Source: an uncultured Gammaproteobacteria bacterium (GTDB lineage Bacteria > Patescibacteriota > Microgenomatia > Daviesbacterales > UBA10151). Taken from it: 64,000 bases of DNA. Numbering within the stretch: the first letter of the stretch is position 1; the number at the start of each line of letters is the position of its first letter. Below the pieces are notes generated by a model. That model searched no databases. It saw nothing but the letters and a program-made list of their open reading frames with translations, and was not told where the DNA came from. The stretch covers positions 2,969 through 66,968 of the forward strand of contig CAZYPW010000002.1 of NCBI GenBank assembly GCA_964649615.1, given 5' to 3'. Made by a program: the position numbers and the translations under genes. This document shows, one piece after another, positions 1 through 10,078 of the stretch.

Positions 1-38
1 AGCTTTGTGGGGGGACGAAAGAAGAATTTAAGAAAGAG

Positions 39-1040
39 CTATCTTTTCAACTTTATACCAATATTTTGATGAATTGCTTTTTGGTATACATGATAAGCCA
101 CTGCAATATCTTCCAAAGACATACCAAATGGATTAAAAATTATTATTTCATCATCATTTTCCCGTCCTGGTTTTTTATTTAAAATAATACCTGATAGCTC
201 TGCATGAATAGCAGGGAGTTTACCCTCTCTAAACATCCTTCCGAAGATTCTTTTATCATCATTTTTAACAAGATTCCAGTCATCTACTATTAACTTATCG
301 GCTCTAGTTATAACCTCCGGGAGTAAATCATCTAGTGAGACATGAACCACGAGAGCGCCTTTTTTTAACCAATTATATTTAATGTAACCTGCATTTGTGG
401 TGGTGGTAGTTATAATTATATCTGAATTTATTACTGCTTCTTTAGGATTTTTTGCAACTATAAATTTTTCTTTTAAATTTTTGAACCTTTCAATAAATTT
501 TTTGATAGAAAGCTCGTTTGAATCAAATATATAAATATTTTTAATTTTCTTTAGGTGTTTACTTAGTAAATCTAAATGCGCTTTACCAATTGTACCCAGC
601 CCAATAATTGCTATTGTATTATCCCAATCCTTCTTTCTTAATAAATCTATTCCTAATGCGCTAACGCTTGCAGTTCGGAGTGAAGATATAAAAGAGCCTT
701 CCATCATACAGATAATTTTTGCAGTCAGAGTATCAAAAAGTAAGGTTAAACCACTGGCCCGCTCAATACCCCTTTTAAAATTTGAAATATTCCCATTAAT
801 AATTTTTGTCCCTGCGATTTGGTAATTTGCTCCAATAAACGCAGGCATATTTAAACTTCTTGCTGCTTCTTTTTCTTTATTTGTCCATGATAAATAAGCT
901 TCATCAGGAAGTACTGTATTACCGGTTCCGTGTAGTTTAAAAGCCTCTTCTATAATCTTTACTGTTTCCAGACCTTCGCATATTTTAATAACTTCTTCCT
1001 TGTTTAAATAAAGGATATAATCTTTGTTATCATTTGACAT
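39..1040 (-). CDS. Ornithine cyclodeaminase / mu-crystallin family NAD-dependent enzyme (SbnB-like)
   Basis: Rossmann motif IIGLGTIGKAHLDLL and OCD-family length. The likely start is the internal MSNDNK (ORF track extends to 1094). Divergent from a CysK/SbnA-like gene. Confidence 0.7.
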   Translation of the reverse strand: MSNDNKDYILYLNKEEVIKICEGLETVKIIEEAFKLHGTGNTVLPDEAYLSWTNKEKEAARSLNMPAFIGANYQIAGTKIINGNISNFKRGIERASGLTLLFDTLTAKIICMMEGSFISSLRTASVSALGIDLLRKKDWDNTIAIIGLGTIGKAHLDLLSKHLKKIKNIYIFDSNELSIKKFIERFKNLKEKFIVAKNPKEAVINSDIIITTTTTNAGYIKYNWLKKGALVVHVSLDDLLPEVITRADKLIVDDWNLVKNDDKRIFGRMFREGKLPAIHAELSGIILNKKPGRENDDEIIIFNPFGMSLEDIAVAYHVYQKAIHQNIGIKLKR

Positions 1041-1059
1041 ATTTACTATACTAGCAGAA

Positions 1060-2010
1060 ATGATATATAACGATCCACTAAAATTAATTGGCAATGCCCC
1101 TTTGGTTAAACTTATTAAAATTAGTAAAAAATTTAATGCTAATTTTTATGTAAAGCTGGAAAAATATAACCTGACAGGATCTGTAAAAGACCGCGCAGCC
1201 TTAGGAATGATAGAAAAGGGAGAAAAGACGGGAGTTCTAAAACCAGGAATGACCCTAATTGAATCCTCATCCGGAAATTTGGGGATCGCTATAGCAGCTA
1301 TATCTAGTATTAAAGGTTATAAGTTTATATGTGTAATTGACCCAAAAACCTCAGCATCCAAGATAAGTATTATCGAAGCTTATGGAGGAAAAGTGCTTTT
1401 GGTTAAAGATAAAGACAAAGACGGTTCTTATGTAAAGATACGGATTAAAAAAGTTAAGGAGTTAGCCAGTAGCAATAAAAACTTCTATAATTTAGACCAA
1501 TACAGTAATCAGGATAATACTCTAGCGCATTTTGAAACAACTGGCCCGGAGATTTTTGATGATTTAAAAGGTAATGTAGATGCCTTGGTGGGAAGTGTTA
1601 GTACATCAGGTACAATGGTTGGTACTGCAAAATTTTTGAAGAGTAGGATTCCTCACCTTTTTGTTATAGAGGTGGAACCTGTAGGATCAATTTTATTTGG
1701 AGGAGAATACAAACCTTATTATCAGCAAGGGCCGGGATTAAGTTTTATACCAAAAATTTTTGATAATTCTATATTTGATGAGTCGGTGAAAGTAAAAGAC
1801 AAAGATGCTTTTAAAACTGCCCATGATCTAGCAAAAAAAGAAGGAATTATCGTAGGAGGATCTTCTGGGGCAGCGGTCTATGCTGCTATAAAAACAAAAA
1901 AGAAGAATGTTGGTTTAAAAAGTATTGTTATAATTTGCCCTGATGGAGGAGAGAGATATTTAGACACTATGTTTTCCAAATCCTGGCTTAAAGAGCGGAA
2001 CTTAATTTAG
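1060..2010 (+). CDS. PLP-dependent cysteine synthase family enzyme (CysK/SbnA-like)
   Basis: SVKDRAA PLP-lysine motif, SSGNLGIAIA glycine loop, about 315 aa. The track start at 1024 is TTG; ATG at 1060 preferred. Confidence 0.75.
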   Translation: MIYNDPLKLIGNAPLVKLIKISKKFNANFYVKLEKYNLTGSVKDRAALGMIEKGEKTGVLKPGMTLIESSSGNLGIAIAAISSIKGYKFICVIDPKTSASKISIIEAYGGKVLLVKDKDKDGSYVKIRIKKVKELASSNKNFYNLDQYSNQDNTLAHFETTGPEIFDDLKGNVDALVGSVSTSGTMVGTAKFLKSRIPHLFVIEVEPVGSILFGGEYKPYYQQGPGLSFIPKIFDNSIFDESVKVKDKDAFKTAHDLAKKEGIIVGGSSGAAVYAAIKTKKKNVGLKSIVIICPDGGERYLDTMFSKSWLKERNLI

Positions 2011-2683
2011 GTAGCCTATATTTAATAGGATCTGTTAATCCTAAACTCTGAAAAGCTGCCTGGCGTGATCTACAGTTACTACATCCACCGCAAGCTAGCT
2101 TGCTGGCGTTATGACAGGACCAGGTTTTCTCAAATGGTACGTTTAGAGCTACCCCTGTTTGAATAACCTGAGCTTTATTCATTTCAATCAAAGGAGCAGT
2201 GATTGCAATATCAGTTTTGATCATTGTGCCAAGTTGAGTCAGACGCTGAAAAGCCTCGATAAACGCAGGTGAATTATCAGGGGCTATCCGGTCACTGCCT
2301 GTTGAACCAATGTATACTCTATCAGCACCTAAAACTTCAGCTAGAGCTACTCCAACTGCAAGAAGCAGGGAATTCCTAAAAGGGACATATTCAAATTTCT
2401 CATTTGCCTGTGTAAGAGAAACATCTCTTCTAAATAATCCAGAACCTCCAAAGCTTCTTAACCAGGGTAATCTGACTACATCCAAACTAATTGCTTGAAA
2501 GTGTTCTGCCAAACTAACTGCGCTTTTTCTTTCCCTACCTTGAGTTTTTTGTCCATAATCTACAAACAGAAATTTGGCATCAAAACCATCCCTTTTAGCA
2601 ATGGCTACAGTTACAGCACTGTCTAAACCACCACTTACTAAACAAACAGCTAATGGTTTTGATTCAGGAGATCTGGCATTCAT
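1988..2683 (-). CDS. queC: 7-cyano-7-deazaguanine synthase QueC (PP-loop ATPase)
   Basis: PP-loop CLVSGGLDS near the N-terminus and a C-terminal zinc motif CHNASKLACGGCSNC. The track ORF is over-extended at the N-terminus; start placed at MNARSP. Confidence 0.8.
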   Translation of the reverse strand: MNARSPESKPLAVCLVSGGLDSAVTVAIAKRDGFDAKFLFVDYGQKTQGRERKSAVSLAEHFQAISLDVVRLPWLRSFGGSGLFRRDVSLTQANEKFEYVPFRNSLLLAVGVALAEVLGADRVYIGSTGSDRIAPDNSPAFIEAFQRLTQLGTMIKTDIAITAPLIEMNKAQVIQTGVALNVPFEKTWSCHNASKLACGGCSNCRSRQAAFQSLGLTDPIKYRLPKLSSAL

Positions 2684-2726
2684 AATAATTGGGGTTATAA
2701 TAACAGTCAAAATAGCAAATATCAAT

Positions 2727-3848
2727 ATGATGAAAGCTGCAAATTTAAGCTGGTTAGAAATTGACCTAAAAAAATTTAGAGAAAATATAAAGCTGATGTT
2801 TTCTGTTTTATCTCCCAAAACAAAATATATGCTAATGGTAAAAGGTAATGCTTACGGACATGGATTAATTGAAATCTCCAAAATTGCGGTTGATGAAGGA
2901 GCATCATTTCTTGGCGTATCTTCACTAAAAGAGGCTATTGAACTTAGAGTTAATAGTATAAAAATTCCTGTTTTATTGCTTTCTGAAGCAGAGCCAAATT
3001 TTATACCAGATATCATAAAATATAAAATCACACCTACAGTTTATAATTTATCCTACGTCTTAGCTTTGACAAAAGTTGCTAAACAGAAAAATAAAATTAT
3101 ACCTATACATATTAAAATTGATACAGGTTTAAACAGGTTTGGCTTTAAAGTAAATCAAGTATTGCAAGATATCGTAAAAGTTTCCCAATTCAAAAACCTT
3201 CAAATTGAGGGAATATTTACTCACTTTGCAGATGCAATAAATGATTTGAAATTAGCTAAAGAGCACCTTAGCTTATTTAATAAATTATGCAAAGAGGTTA
3301 ACTCTTATGGTATTTATCCCAAGTACAGACATACAGCAAACAGCCCGGCATTGGTTTGGCTAAAAGAATCGCATTTAGATTTAGTGAGATTTGGCCTTGC
3401 CACTTACGGCTTACAGCCATCTTTAACAAAAAAGTATCCTCTGCCAATACAACCTGCATTAACCTGGAAAACTAAAATTATGCAGATTAAATATGTAAAG
3501 ATTGGTGAATACATAGGATATGGTAAAACTTTTAAAGCCAAAAAGGATATGACCATTGCTGTAATAGGAGTAGGTTATGCAGATGGTTTTAGAAGATCAC
3601 CATTAAATTACAGAAACGTTTTAGTTCATGGAGAAAAAGTTTCAATTGTTGGTCAGGTAACTATGAATTTTACTATGATTGATGTAACTAAGCTGAAACG
3701 CTTGAAGCTTTATGATGAGGTGGTAATTATAGGTAAACAAAAAGATTCCGTTATTACATTAGAAGAAATTGCTACTATATCCGAAACAATAAATGAAGAA
3801 ATTGTCACTGCTATTTCTGCCCTTATCCCGCGAATTTATCTTAAATAA
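2727..3848 (+). CDS. alr: Alanine racemase
   Basis: MVKGNAYGHG PLP-lysine motif and fold-type III racemase length. The N-terminal track extension overlaps queC; start placed at MMKAAN. Confidence 0.85.
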   Translation: MMKAANLSWLEIDLKKFRENIKLMFSVLSPKTKYMLMVKGNAYGHGLIEISKIAVDEGASFLGVSSLKEAIELRVNSIKIPVLLLSEAEPNFIPDIIKYKITPTVYNLSYVLALTKVAKQKNKIIPIHIKIDTGLNRFGFKVNQVLQDIVKVSQFKNLQIEGIFTHFADAINDLKLAKEHLSLFNKLCKEVNSYGIYPKYRHTANSPALVWLKESHLDLVRFGLATYGLQPSLTKKYPLPIQPALTWKTKIMQIKYVKIGEYIGYGKTFKAKKDMTIAVIGVGYADGFRRSPLNYRNVLVHGEKVSIVGQVTMNFTMIDVTKLKRLKLYDEVVIIGKQKDSVITLEEIATISETINEEIVTAISALIPRIYLK

Positions 3849-3889
3849 GCATATTATGTTATTATTGGCAATGAAAATTACTCAAACCT

Positions 3890-4774
3890 ATGGTTGAAAA
3901 GGGTAGAGATATTACTGTTGTAATAGCAAGTTCTGAAGACGAAGCAGTTTTTAACTGTATTGACTCAGTTAGAGATGAGGCAAGAATTGCTGTATCACTT
4001 ACTCCATATGCCTCAATAGAAACTAGGCTTTCAAAAATGGGTATCCCTTTTGTAGTAGTACCGAGGGGAAATTTGGGTGTAACTTTTAATGCCGGAATTG
4101 AACTGGCTACAACAAACAAAGTCATAGTTATGACTGATGACGCTGCATTTAAACCAGAAGCCATTAGGAAATTAGCAGAAGGGCTAGAACAATATGATGC
4201 ATGCAAAGCAAGGCTCTCGTTTCAATATGATGACGCTCATCCATTAAGCAAAGTTGTAGCAAGTGCCAGAGATTTTATTAATTCCTCTCCAACTAGGGTA
4301 TTTACTCCGGGTCTAGCTTTAAGGAAAGATATCAGAGATCGTATGGGAGGCCATTTTTTTAATGAACAGGTTAGATGGGCAGAAGATTCTGAATTTTCCT
4401 ATAGATTTCATAGGAATGGGTTGAGCTTTGGTTATATTCAGGATGCAGTTGTCACTCATCCTGCAGTTTCATTAAAACATGATTTAAGAGGTGCTTTTTT
4501 GATAGGATTGAGTAAAAGAAGGGCTGTTGATTTAGGACTAAGGAAAGGAGATGAAGACGTTGTACCTACATTCAAAAGAATTCTTTCAGGAGAGACTTTT
4601 GGAAGAAAAAGCAGACTATTTAGAGAAAAAGGGGCTAGTACATTGGTTTACATGCTCCTTTGGGATTCTGCTTATAATATCGGTTATAACTTGAGAAGAT
4701 TAGGGCTATCAGGCCCAATAGAAGATAGAATATGGCAGGACTTTGGTAGGGATCAACGTAATATAGTAAATTAA
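3890..4774 (+). CDS. Family 2 glycosyltransferase (GT-A fold)
   Basis: ITVVIASSEDEA N-terminal motif, DXD-like MTDDAAF, acidic WAEDSEF motif. Confidence 0.55.
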   Translation: MVEKGRDITVVIASSEDEAVFNCIDSVRDEARIAVSLTPYASIETRLSKMGIPFVVVPRGNLGVTFNAGIELATTNKVIVMTDDAAFKPEAIRKLAEGLEQYDACKARLSFQYDDAHPLSKVVASARDFINSSPTRVFTPGLALRKDIRDRMGGHFFNEQVRWAEDSEFSYRFHRNGLSFGYIQDAVVTHPAVSLKHDLRGAFLIGLSKRRAVDLGLRKGDEDVVPTFKRILSGETFGRKSRLFREKGASTLVYMLLWDSAYNIGYNLRRLGLSGPIEDRIWQDFGRDQRNIVN

Positions 4775-4782
4775 TTTTTATT

Positions 4783-6465
4783 ATGGGAAAAGAACAGGTA
4801 ATCTTAGGTATAAACGGTTACTCAAGAAGAACCCATAATGCTTCAGCGTGCATCGTGATTAATGGTGAATTGGTAGCCATGGCAGAAGAAGAAAGATTCT
4901 CAAGAAGGAAAAATGCCTTTGGTGAAGTTCCACACCATGCTATAGCTTTTTGTCTTGATAAAACTGGTATATCTGTAGATGAGGTGGAAAGTATAGCTGT
5001 AGGCTGGAATTTTGATAAAGTATTTGGAAATATAGGTTCCAGACCACCTACTAAGGATGACCTCCTAGACCTTTATTTACCTAAGGATAGATTTAAATAT
5101 TCCAAAAGACCAGAATTAGAAATGGTTCCACACCATATGGCTCACGCTGCTTCAGCATACTACTTATCCGGTATGCCTGAATCATTAATACTGGTTATTG
5201 ATGGGCAAGGGGAAACACAATCAACCAGTGTATTTATTGGTAAAGGTAAGGATATCTCACTTATCAAAGAGTTTGGGGTAACAGATTCGCTTGGCTATTT
5301 TTATGAGGCTGTATCTGAATATGTAGGTTTATCAAGGCTTGATGCGGGTAAAACAATGGGATTAGCAAGTTATGGTAATCCAAGGTATAGATTTGGCTTA
5401 TTTGAAATGGGCAGTTCGGGTTATTTAGTTAATATGGGTCAACCAGTCCAAACAGAAATGGATTTACAACAGGAAGTTACCAATTCCTGGAGAAACTATT
5501 TAGAAAATACATTTGGACCAAGGAATAGAGGGCAATTAGTATACGATCCAGCTACAACAAGATTTAAGAGAGAAATTTCTTTTAATGAAAGCTATAAAGA
5601 TATCGCTGCTTCTGCTCAGAAAACTTTAGAGGCTGTAATTAGGCATTTAATCACTCTATATTCAGGTGAATATCAGATGAGTAATTTATGTATTGCAGGA
5701 GGGGTAGGTCTAAATTGTTCAATGAATGGAGCAATTGCCAGAGAAGAGATTGTTAGAGATCTATTTGTGCCTCCATTTTCTGACGACGCAGGGGTATCAG
5801 TTGGCGCAGCTTTATATTTATCTGACCAAAAACCCTCTTCCAGATTAGAATCAGCATCACTCGGACCTGAATTTTCAAATGAAGCAATTATTGCTACTCT
5901 TGAACTACTCGGAATTAATTACAGGTTAGTAGACGATATTGGAAGCATTGTGGCTAAACTTCTCGCGGAGGATAAAATAGTTGACTGGTTTCAGGGAAGA
6001 ATGGAGGCAGGACCAAGAGCTTTAGGAAATCGAAGCATATTGGGAAATCCTGCAAATAGAACAACGCATGATAGATTAAACGTAATAAAAAATCGGGAAA
6101 GCTGGAGACCTCTTGCGCCCAGCTTTTTAGCTGAAGGGCTAGCCGACTATATGATACATCCTTCAGATTCACCATTTATGTTAAGAGCTTTCATTGTACG
6201 GTCAGACCGAGTAGATGAAATACCTGCAGCTGTCCATATAGATGGAACTTCAAGAGCACAAACAGTAACAGAAAAAGATAACCCTTTATATTACAGATTA
6301 ATTAGGGATTTCCAACGGATTAGCGGTATCCCTGCTGTTATGAATACATCTTTTAATCTGGATTTTGAACCAATAGTTTGCTCACCTCATGATGCAATAA
6401 GAACTTTTTATTCAAGTGGCGCTGACTATTTAGCTATTGGGGATGCACTTATTTCAAAAAAGTAA
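4783..6465 (+). CDS. Carbamoyltransferase, NodU/CmcH/TobZ family
   Basis: N-terminus GINGYSRRTHNASACIV...AEEERFSRRKN, 560 aa, with the family's N and C domains. Confidence 0.8.
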   Translation: MGKEQVILGINGYSRRTHNASACIVINGELVAMAEEERFSRRKNAFGEVPHHAIAFCLDKTGISVDEVESIAVGWNFDKVFGNIGSRPPTKDDLLDLYLPKDRFKYSKRPELEMVPHHMAHAASAYYLSGMPESLILVIDGQGETQSTSVFIGKGKDISLIKEFGVTDSLGYFYEAVSEYVGLSRLDAGKTMGLASYGNPRYRFGLFEMGSSGYLVNMGQPVQTEMDLQQEVTNSWRNYLENTFGPRNRGQLVYDPATTRFKREISFNESYKDIAASAQKTLEAVIRHLITLYSGEYQMSNLCIAGGVGLNCSMNGAIAREEIVRDLFVPPFSDDAGVSVGAALYLSDQKPSSRLESASLGPEFSNEAIIATLELLGINYRLVDDIGSIVAKLLAEDKIVDWFQGRMEAGPRALGNRSILGNPANRTTHDRLNVIKNRESWRPLAPSFLAEGLADYMIHPSDSPFMLRAFIVRSDRVDEIPAAVHIDGTSRAQTVTEKDNPLYYRLIRDFQRISGIPAVMNTSFNLDFEPIVCSPHDAIRTFYSSGADYLAIGDALISKK

Positions 6466-6477
6466 TTATTAAAGTTT

Positions 6478-7149
6478 ATGGAAAAAGAAAAGAGGACGAA
6501 TTATAGAGTAAAAACTCCTAGCATTTGGCCTGCCGCAAACCAGAGGTTTTTTAGATTTTTGAAAGGAATTGAAGACAGAAATTTTCCTAAAACCTTGGCT
6601 ATTTTGGGCTGCTCAGATGGGAGTTATGTATTGCCCGCAGCAAAAAGAGGGTTTGCAGTGCTTGCAATAGATACTGACCATGTGGCTTTATATGGAGGTG
6701 TTATTCCGCTTTATAGAAATAATGTTGAAGTAATGGGTTTAACAAACAGACTTAAAGTAGAGGGTATTGAAAGCCAGGTAACAGTTGTATGCGATGATTG
6801 CTTTTCATATAATCCAAGAAATACTTTCTCAGGAGTATTTACCAGTGGTTTGATCCATTATCAAGATAATTCCCACTATCCGTTAAGCCAAATTATCAAT
6901 GGTATTCAATCATATGTAGCTCCGGGAGGTTTATTGATTATGGAATATATTCATCCTTCTGATGAAAATAATGATCCATTAAGACATTTCCCAACTGCGA
7001 AAGAATTGGTACAATACTTCCAGGTAAAAGACTGGAAAGTTACGAGTAACAAGAAAAAAAGGTATACTGAAGGTCCAAATCCTCGCAACCCACGTATTCA
7101 TGATATTGTATGGGGAAGGTTATATGCACAAAAACTTAAGTCAAATTAA
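6478..7149 (+). CDS. Putative class I SAM-dependent methyltransferase
   Basis: Glycine-rich LAILGCSDGSYVL...LAIDTD resembling a SAM-binding motif I/II. Weak. Confidence 0.4.
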   Translation: MEKEKRTNYRVKTPSIWPAANQRFFRFLKGIEDRNFPKTLAILGCSDGSYVLPAAKRGFAVLAIDTDHVALYGGVIPLYRNNVEVMGLTNRLKVEGIESQVTVVCDDCFSYNPRNTFSGVFTSGLIHYQDNSHYPLSQIINGIQSYVAPGGLLIMEYIHPSDENNDPLRHFPTAKELVQYFQVKDWKVTSNKKKRYTEGPNPRNPRIHDIVWGRLYAQKLKSN

Positions 7150-7885
7150 TTTGAAGCAGTTAAAAAAAAATTATGATGAGATAGGCATCCGGGTCGGTTG
7201 GGATTTCTCACGAATGAAAGATGAAAAAGAGTCTGCTCCATGGGACTATATTGAGATCGTGATTCGATATATTAAATCAACAGATTATGTTCTAGATATT
7301 GGTACAGGCGGTGGAGAAAAGTTCATTAAGTTATCCCAATATTTTTCCAAAGGAGTGGGTATTGATCCTTATCCAGAAATGATTAATACAGCGAAAAATA
7401 ACGCTGCTAAAAGCAATAATACTAAACTCTCTTTTGAATTGATGGGTGCAGAAGATATTCAGTTTCAGGAAAATACCTTTGATACTGTCCTTAACCGTCA
7501 TGCTCTAGTTGTTCCAAAGGAGGTAGTTAGAGTTTTAAAACCTGGTGGATATTTTATAACTCAACAAGTAGCAAAAAATAATATGCAAAATATAAAACAA
7601 GTTTTTAATTATAGAAAGACTTGGCAAAACGACGCACTTACTCTAAGTCGTGATTTTGAAAAAAATGGATGTAGGGTTATTGCCACAGGGAAATACAACA
7701 TCAATTATTGGGTAAAGGATCTTGAGTCACTGGTTTTCTGGTTAAAAGCAGTTGATTTACCCGAAAATTTTAATATCGAAGATCATGGTTTACAGTTACT
7801 GAAGTTTATTAAACAATACACGACACCAAAAGGATTTATAACTAATGAATCCAGGGAGTTTTTAATAGCCCAAAAAGTAAAATGA
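7124..7885 (+). CDS. Class I SAM-dependent methyltransferase (Methyltransf_11-like)
   Basis: VLDIGTGGGE motif I and VLKPGGYFI motif. Confidence 0.65.
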   Translation: MHKNLSQINLKQLKKNYDEIGIRVGWDFSRMKDEKESAPWDYIEIVIRYIKSTDYVLDIGTGGGEKFIKLSQYFSKGVGIDPYPEMINTAKNNAAKSNNTKLSFELMGAEDIQFQENTFDTVLNRHALVVPKEVVRVLKPGGYFITQQVAKNNMQNIKQVFNYRKTWQNDALTLSRDFEKNGCRVIATGKYNINYWVKDLESLVFWLKAVDLPENFNIEDHGLQLLKFIKQYTTPKGFITNESREFLIAQKVK

Positions 7886-9144
7886 CAGAACGTTTTAAGG
7901 ATCTACAAGCAGAATTAATTGAGGGGGCTCGAATTCAGGATGCTTACGATTTAAATACTATCAATTTGATTGCTCCTGCCAGCCCAACACTTTTAAAATA
8001 TTTTTACAATCTTCCTCTTAGGCATAATGCTATAGCTGAGGGCTTATTAGGACGCAGACCTTATGCTGGAGTTGAAGGCTTTAACAAAATTGAAGCAATT
8101 GCTGTCGAGGCAGCATGTTTATTATTTGGAGCAGAACATGCTAATGTTCAACCTCATTCTGTTAGTCAGGCAAATCAAGCTGTATATCAGGCACTTTTGG
8201 GAAATGGAGATCGAGTACTGGCTATGAAGTTTGAGGACGGAGGACATTTAACCCATGGCCTAAAGACTAATTTTTCCGGACGTTTTTTTGATTTTGATTT
8301 TTATGGAGTTGATCGGACAACTGGTTTAATAGATTATGATGCCCTAGAGAAACAGGCAAAAGATTTTAAGCCTAAATTAATTGTCTGCGGTGCTTCTTCT
8401 TATCCTAGAGCAATTGATTTTGAAAGATTAGCCGATATCTCAGCTAAAGTAGGCGCCTATTTAATGGCAGATTTATCCCATCCTGCTGGATTGATTGTGG
8501 CAAAAAGGTTTCTTCAACCTTTTCCTCATTGCGATGTCGTTACATTTACCCCTGATAAAACCATGCTTGGTCCTCACGGGGGGATAATTCTTTGTAAGGA
8601 TACCTTAAGTGAACAAGTAGATAAAGGCGTTCATCCCGGGGTCCAATCAAGTGTGCCCTTGAGAAGAATTTATGAAATGGCTCAATGTATGATTGATGCC
8701 AGTAAGCCAGAGTTTCAAGATTATATTGACCGGGTCATTAAAAATATCAAAGCATTTGAACAGGTATTTTTGGATAGTCCAGGCATGATGGTAACAGGTG
8801 GAAGCGATACCCATTTAATGGTTATAAATACAAGAGATACTTTTGGCTTAACTGGTAGGGATTCAGAGGGAGTATTAGAGAGTATTGGTATTCTGACTAA
8901 CCGCCAGGTAATTCCAGGAGAAAAACTTAGGCCTTACGTAGCCAGCGGGCTTAGGTTTGGTACTTCTTGGATAACAGCTAGAGGTTATGATCAGGCGGAG
9001 ACAGCGGTTGTCGCGGGAATAATGTTAGATAATCTATCTAATCCAAAAAATCCTGTGGTGCAAGAAAGATCTAGGAATTTAGTTAATGATCTTCTGCAAA
9101 TCAGGAGAGAAAAAGATGTCTGGCTTGAGGAAGGTAGTAAATAG
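7882..9144 (+). CDS. glyA: Serine hydroxymethyltransferase family PLP enzyme
   Basis: GGHLTHG motif and the PLP-lysine region VTFTPDKTMLGPHGG, matching the SHMT TTHKTLRGPRGG block. Confidence 0.75.
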   Translation: MTERFKDLQAELIEGARIQDAYDLNTINLIAPASPTLLKYFYNLPLRHNAIAEGLLGRRPYAGVEGFNKIEAIAVEAACLLFGAEHANVQPHSVSQANQAVYQALLGNGDRVLAMKFEDGGHLTHGLKTNFSGRFFDFDFYGVDRTTGLIDYDALEKQAKDFKPKLIVCGASSYPRAIDFERLADISAKVGAYLMADLSHPAGLIVAKRFLQPFPHCDVVTFTPDKTMLGPHGGIILCKDTLSEQVDKGVHPGVQSSVPLRRIYEMAQCMIDASKPEFQDYIDRVIKNIKAFEQVFLDSPGMMVTGGSDTHLMVINTRDTFGLTGRDSEGVLESIGILTNRQVIPGEKLRPYVASGLRFGTSWITARGYDQAETAVVAGIMLDNLSNPKNPVVQERSRNLVNDLLQIRREKDVWLEEGSK

Positions 9145-9145
9145 T

Positions 9146-10078
9146 ATGCCAAGAATAGAAGAACAATCACTTGCGATAACCATGGCCAGTGACGAAAAAT
9201 ATATTCCTTATATAACTACTGCTCTAAGAAGCATAAGAAGATATAACACCACCATCCAGATTGATGTTTATAGTTGTGCAAATATCAGACCACTTCTTCC
9301 TTTGGATGGGGTTAACGCTAGATTCCATGAGGTAACAGTGCCGAAAAAGCTCACTGCTTCTTTGGATGGGGAAGAGCTAGCTCATGCTTCAACAAGGGTG
9401 GCGAAGCTAGAATCGCTTACCCAAAGGGGTACTGATAAATTAATGTATGTCGATTGCGATATCGTTGTACTGGATGATTTAGGAAAGATAACTCAAGAAC
9501 TGCCAGTTGATGGTAGCGACAATCCAATAGTTTACATGCTTTTAAGACGACCCGATCTTCTATCAGTAAACGATCTTAGTTGGCTTTACTTTAGAGATAG
9601 TTCCCAATTATCAAACCAGCAAATGACCGGATTGGTCAACGATACTTTTTCTTTAGACTATTCTACCGAGAGATTTCAAGCTCTTAGATGCTGGAATGGA
9701 GGCCTTGTATATGGTTCAACCCAAGGGGTTAATATTCTTGGGGACTTATGGAAGGATTACTATAACCGAATGCTGACACATAGAGATAGAGGTTCGTTCA
9801 TTCCCAACGACCAGCTTTGTCTTTGGTTAGCAGCCGAGCAACTGGAAAAAGTACTAACAATAAGAGAACTACCCCTAGCTTGGAACTTTATGCCAGGACA
9901 TGCACTGGAAGAAGTTATGGGAAAAGCAGATCCAAAACTTGAGGAAATTAAGAAAGCTTTAGGTGGGGTAAAAATTCTGCATTTCGCACAGAATAAAACT
10001 GATCCGTGGGTTCAAGTCCTTGTGGATGATATTAATTCAGAAAAAGGTAGCAGCTTTCAAGGAAGCACTACACCATGA
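9146..10078 (+). CDS. GT8-like nucleotide-diphospho-sugar glycosyltransferase
   Basis: MASDEKYIPY N-terminal pattern and YVDCDIVVLDD DXD motif typical of GT8. Confidence 0.45.
   Translation: MPRIEEQSLAITMASDEKYIPYITTALRSIRRYNTTIQIDVYSCANIRPLLPLDGVNARFHEVTVPKKLTASLDGEELAHASTRVAKLESLTQRGTDKLMYVDCDIVVLDDLGKITQELPVDGSDNPIVYMLLRRPDLLSVNDLSWLYFRDSSQLSNQQMTGLVNDTFSLDYSTERFQALRCWNGGLVYGSTQGVNILGDLWKDYYNRMLTHRDRGSFIPNDQLCLWLAAEQLEKVLTIRELPLAWNFMPGHALEEVMGKADPKLEEIKKALGGVKILHFAQNKTDPWVQVLVDDINSEKGSSFQGSTTP

Noticed and set aside
3862-4206. 114-aa minus-strand ORF
   Set aside because: It is fully antisense to the GT2 gene, with low-complexity S/A/T composition and no motifs. Likely spurious.
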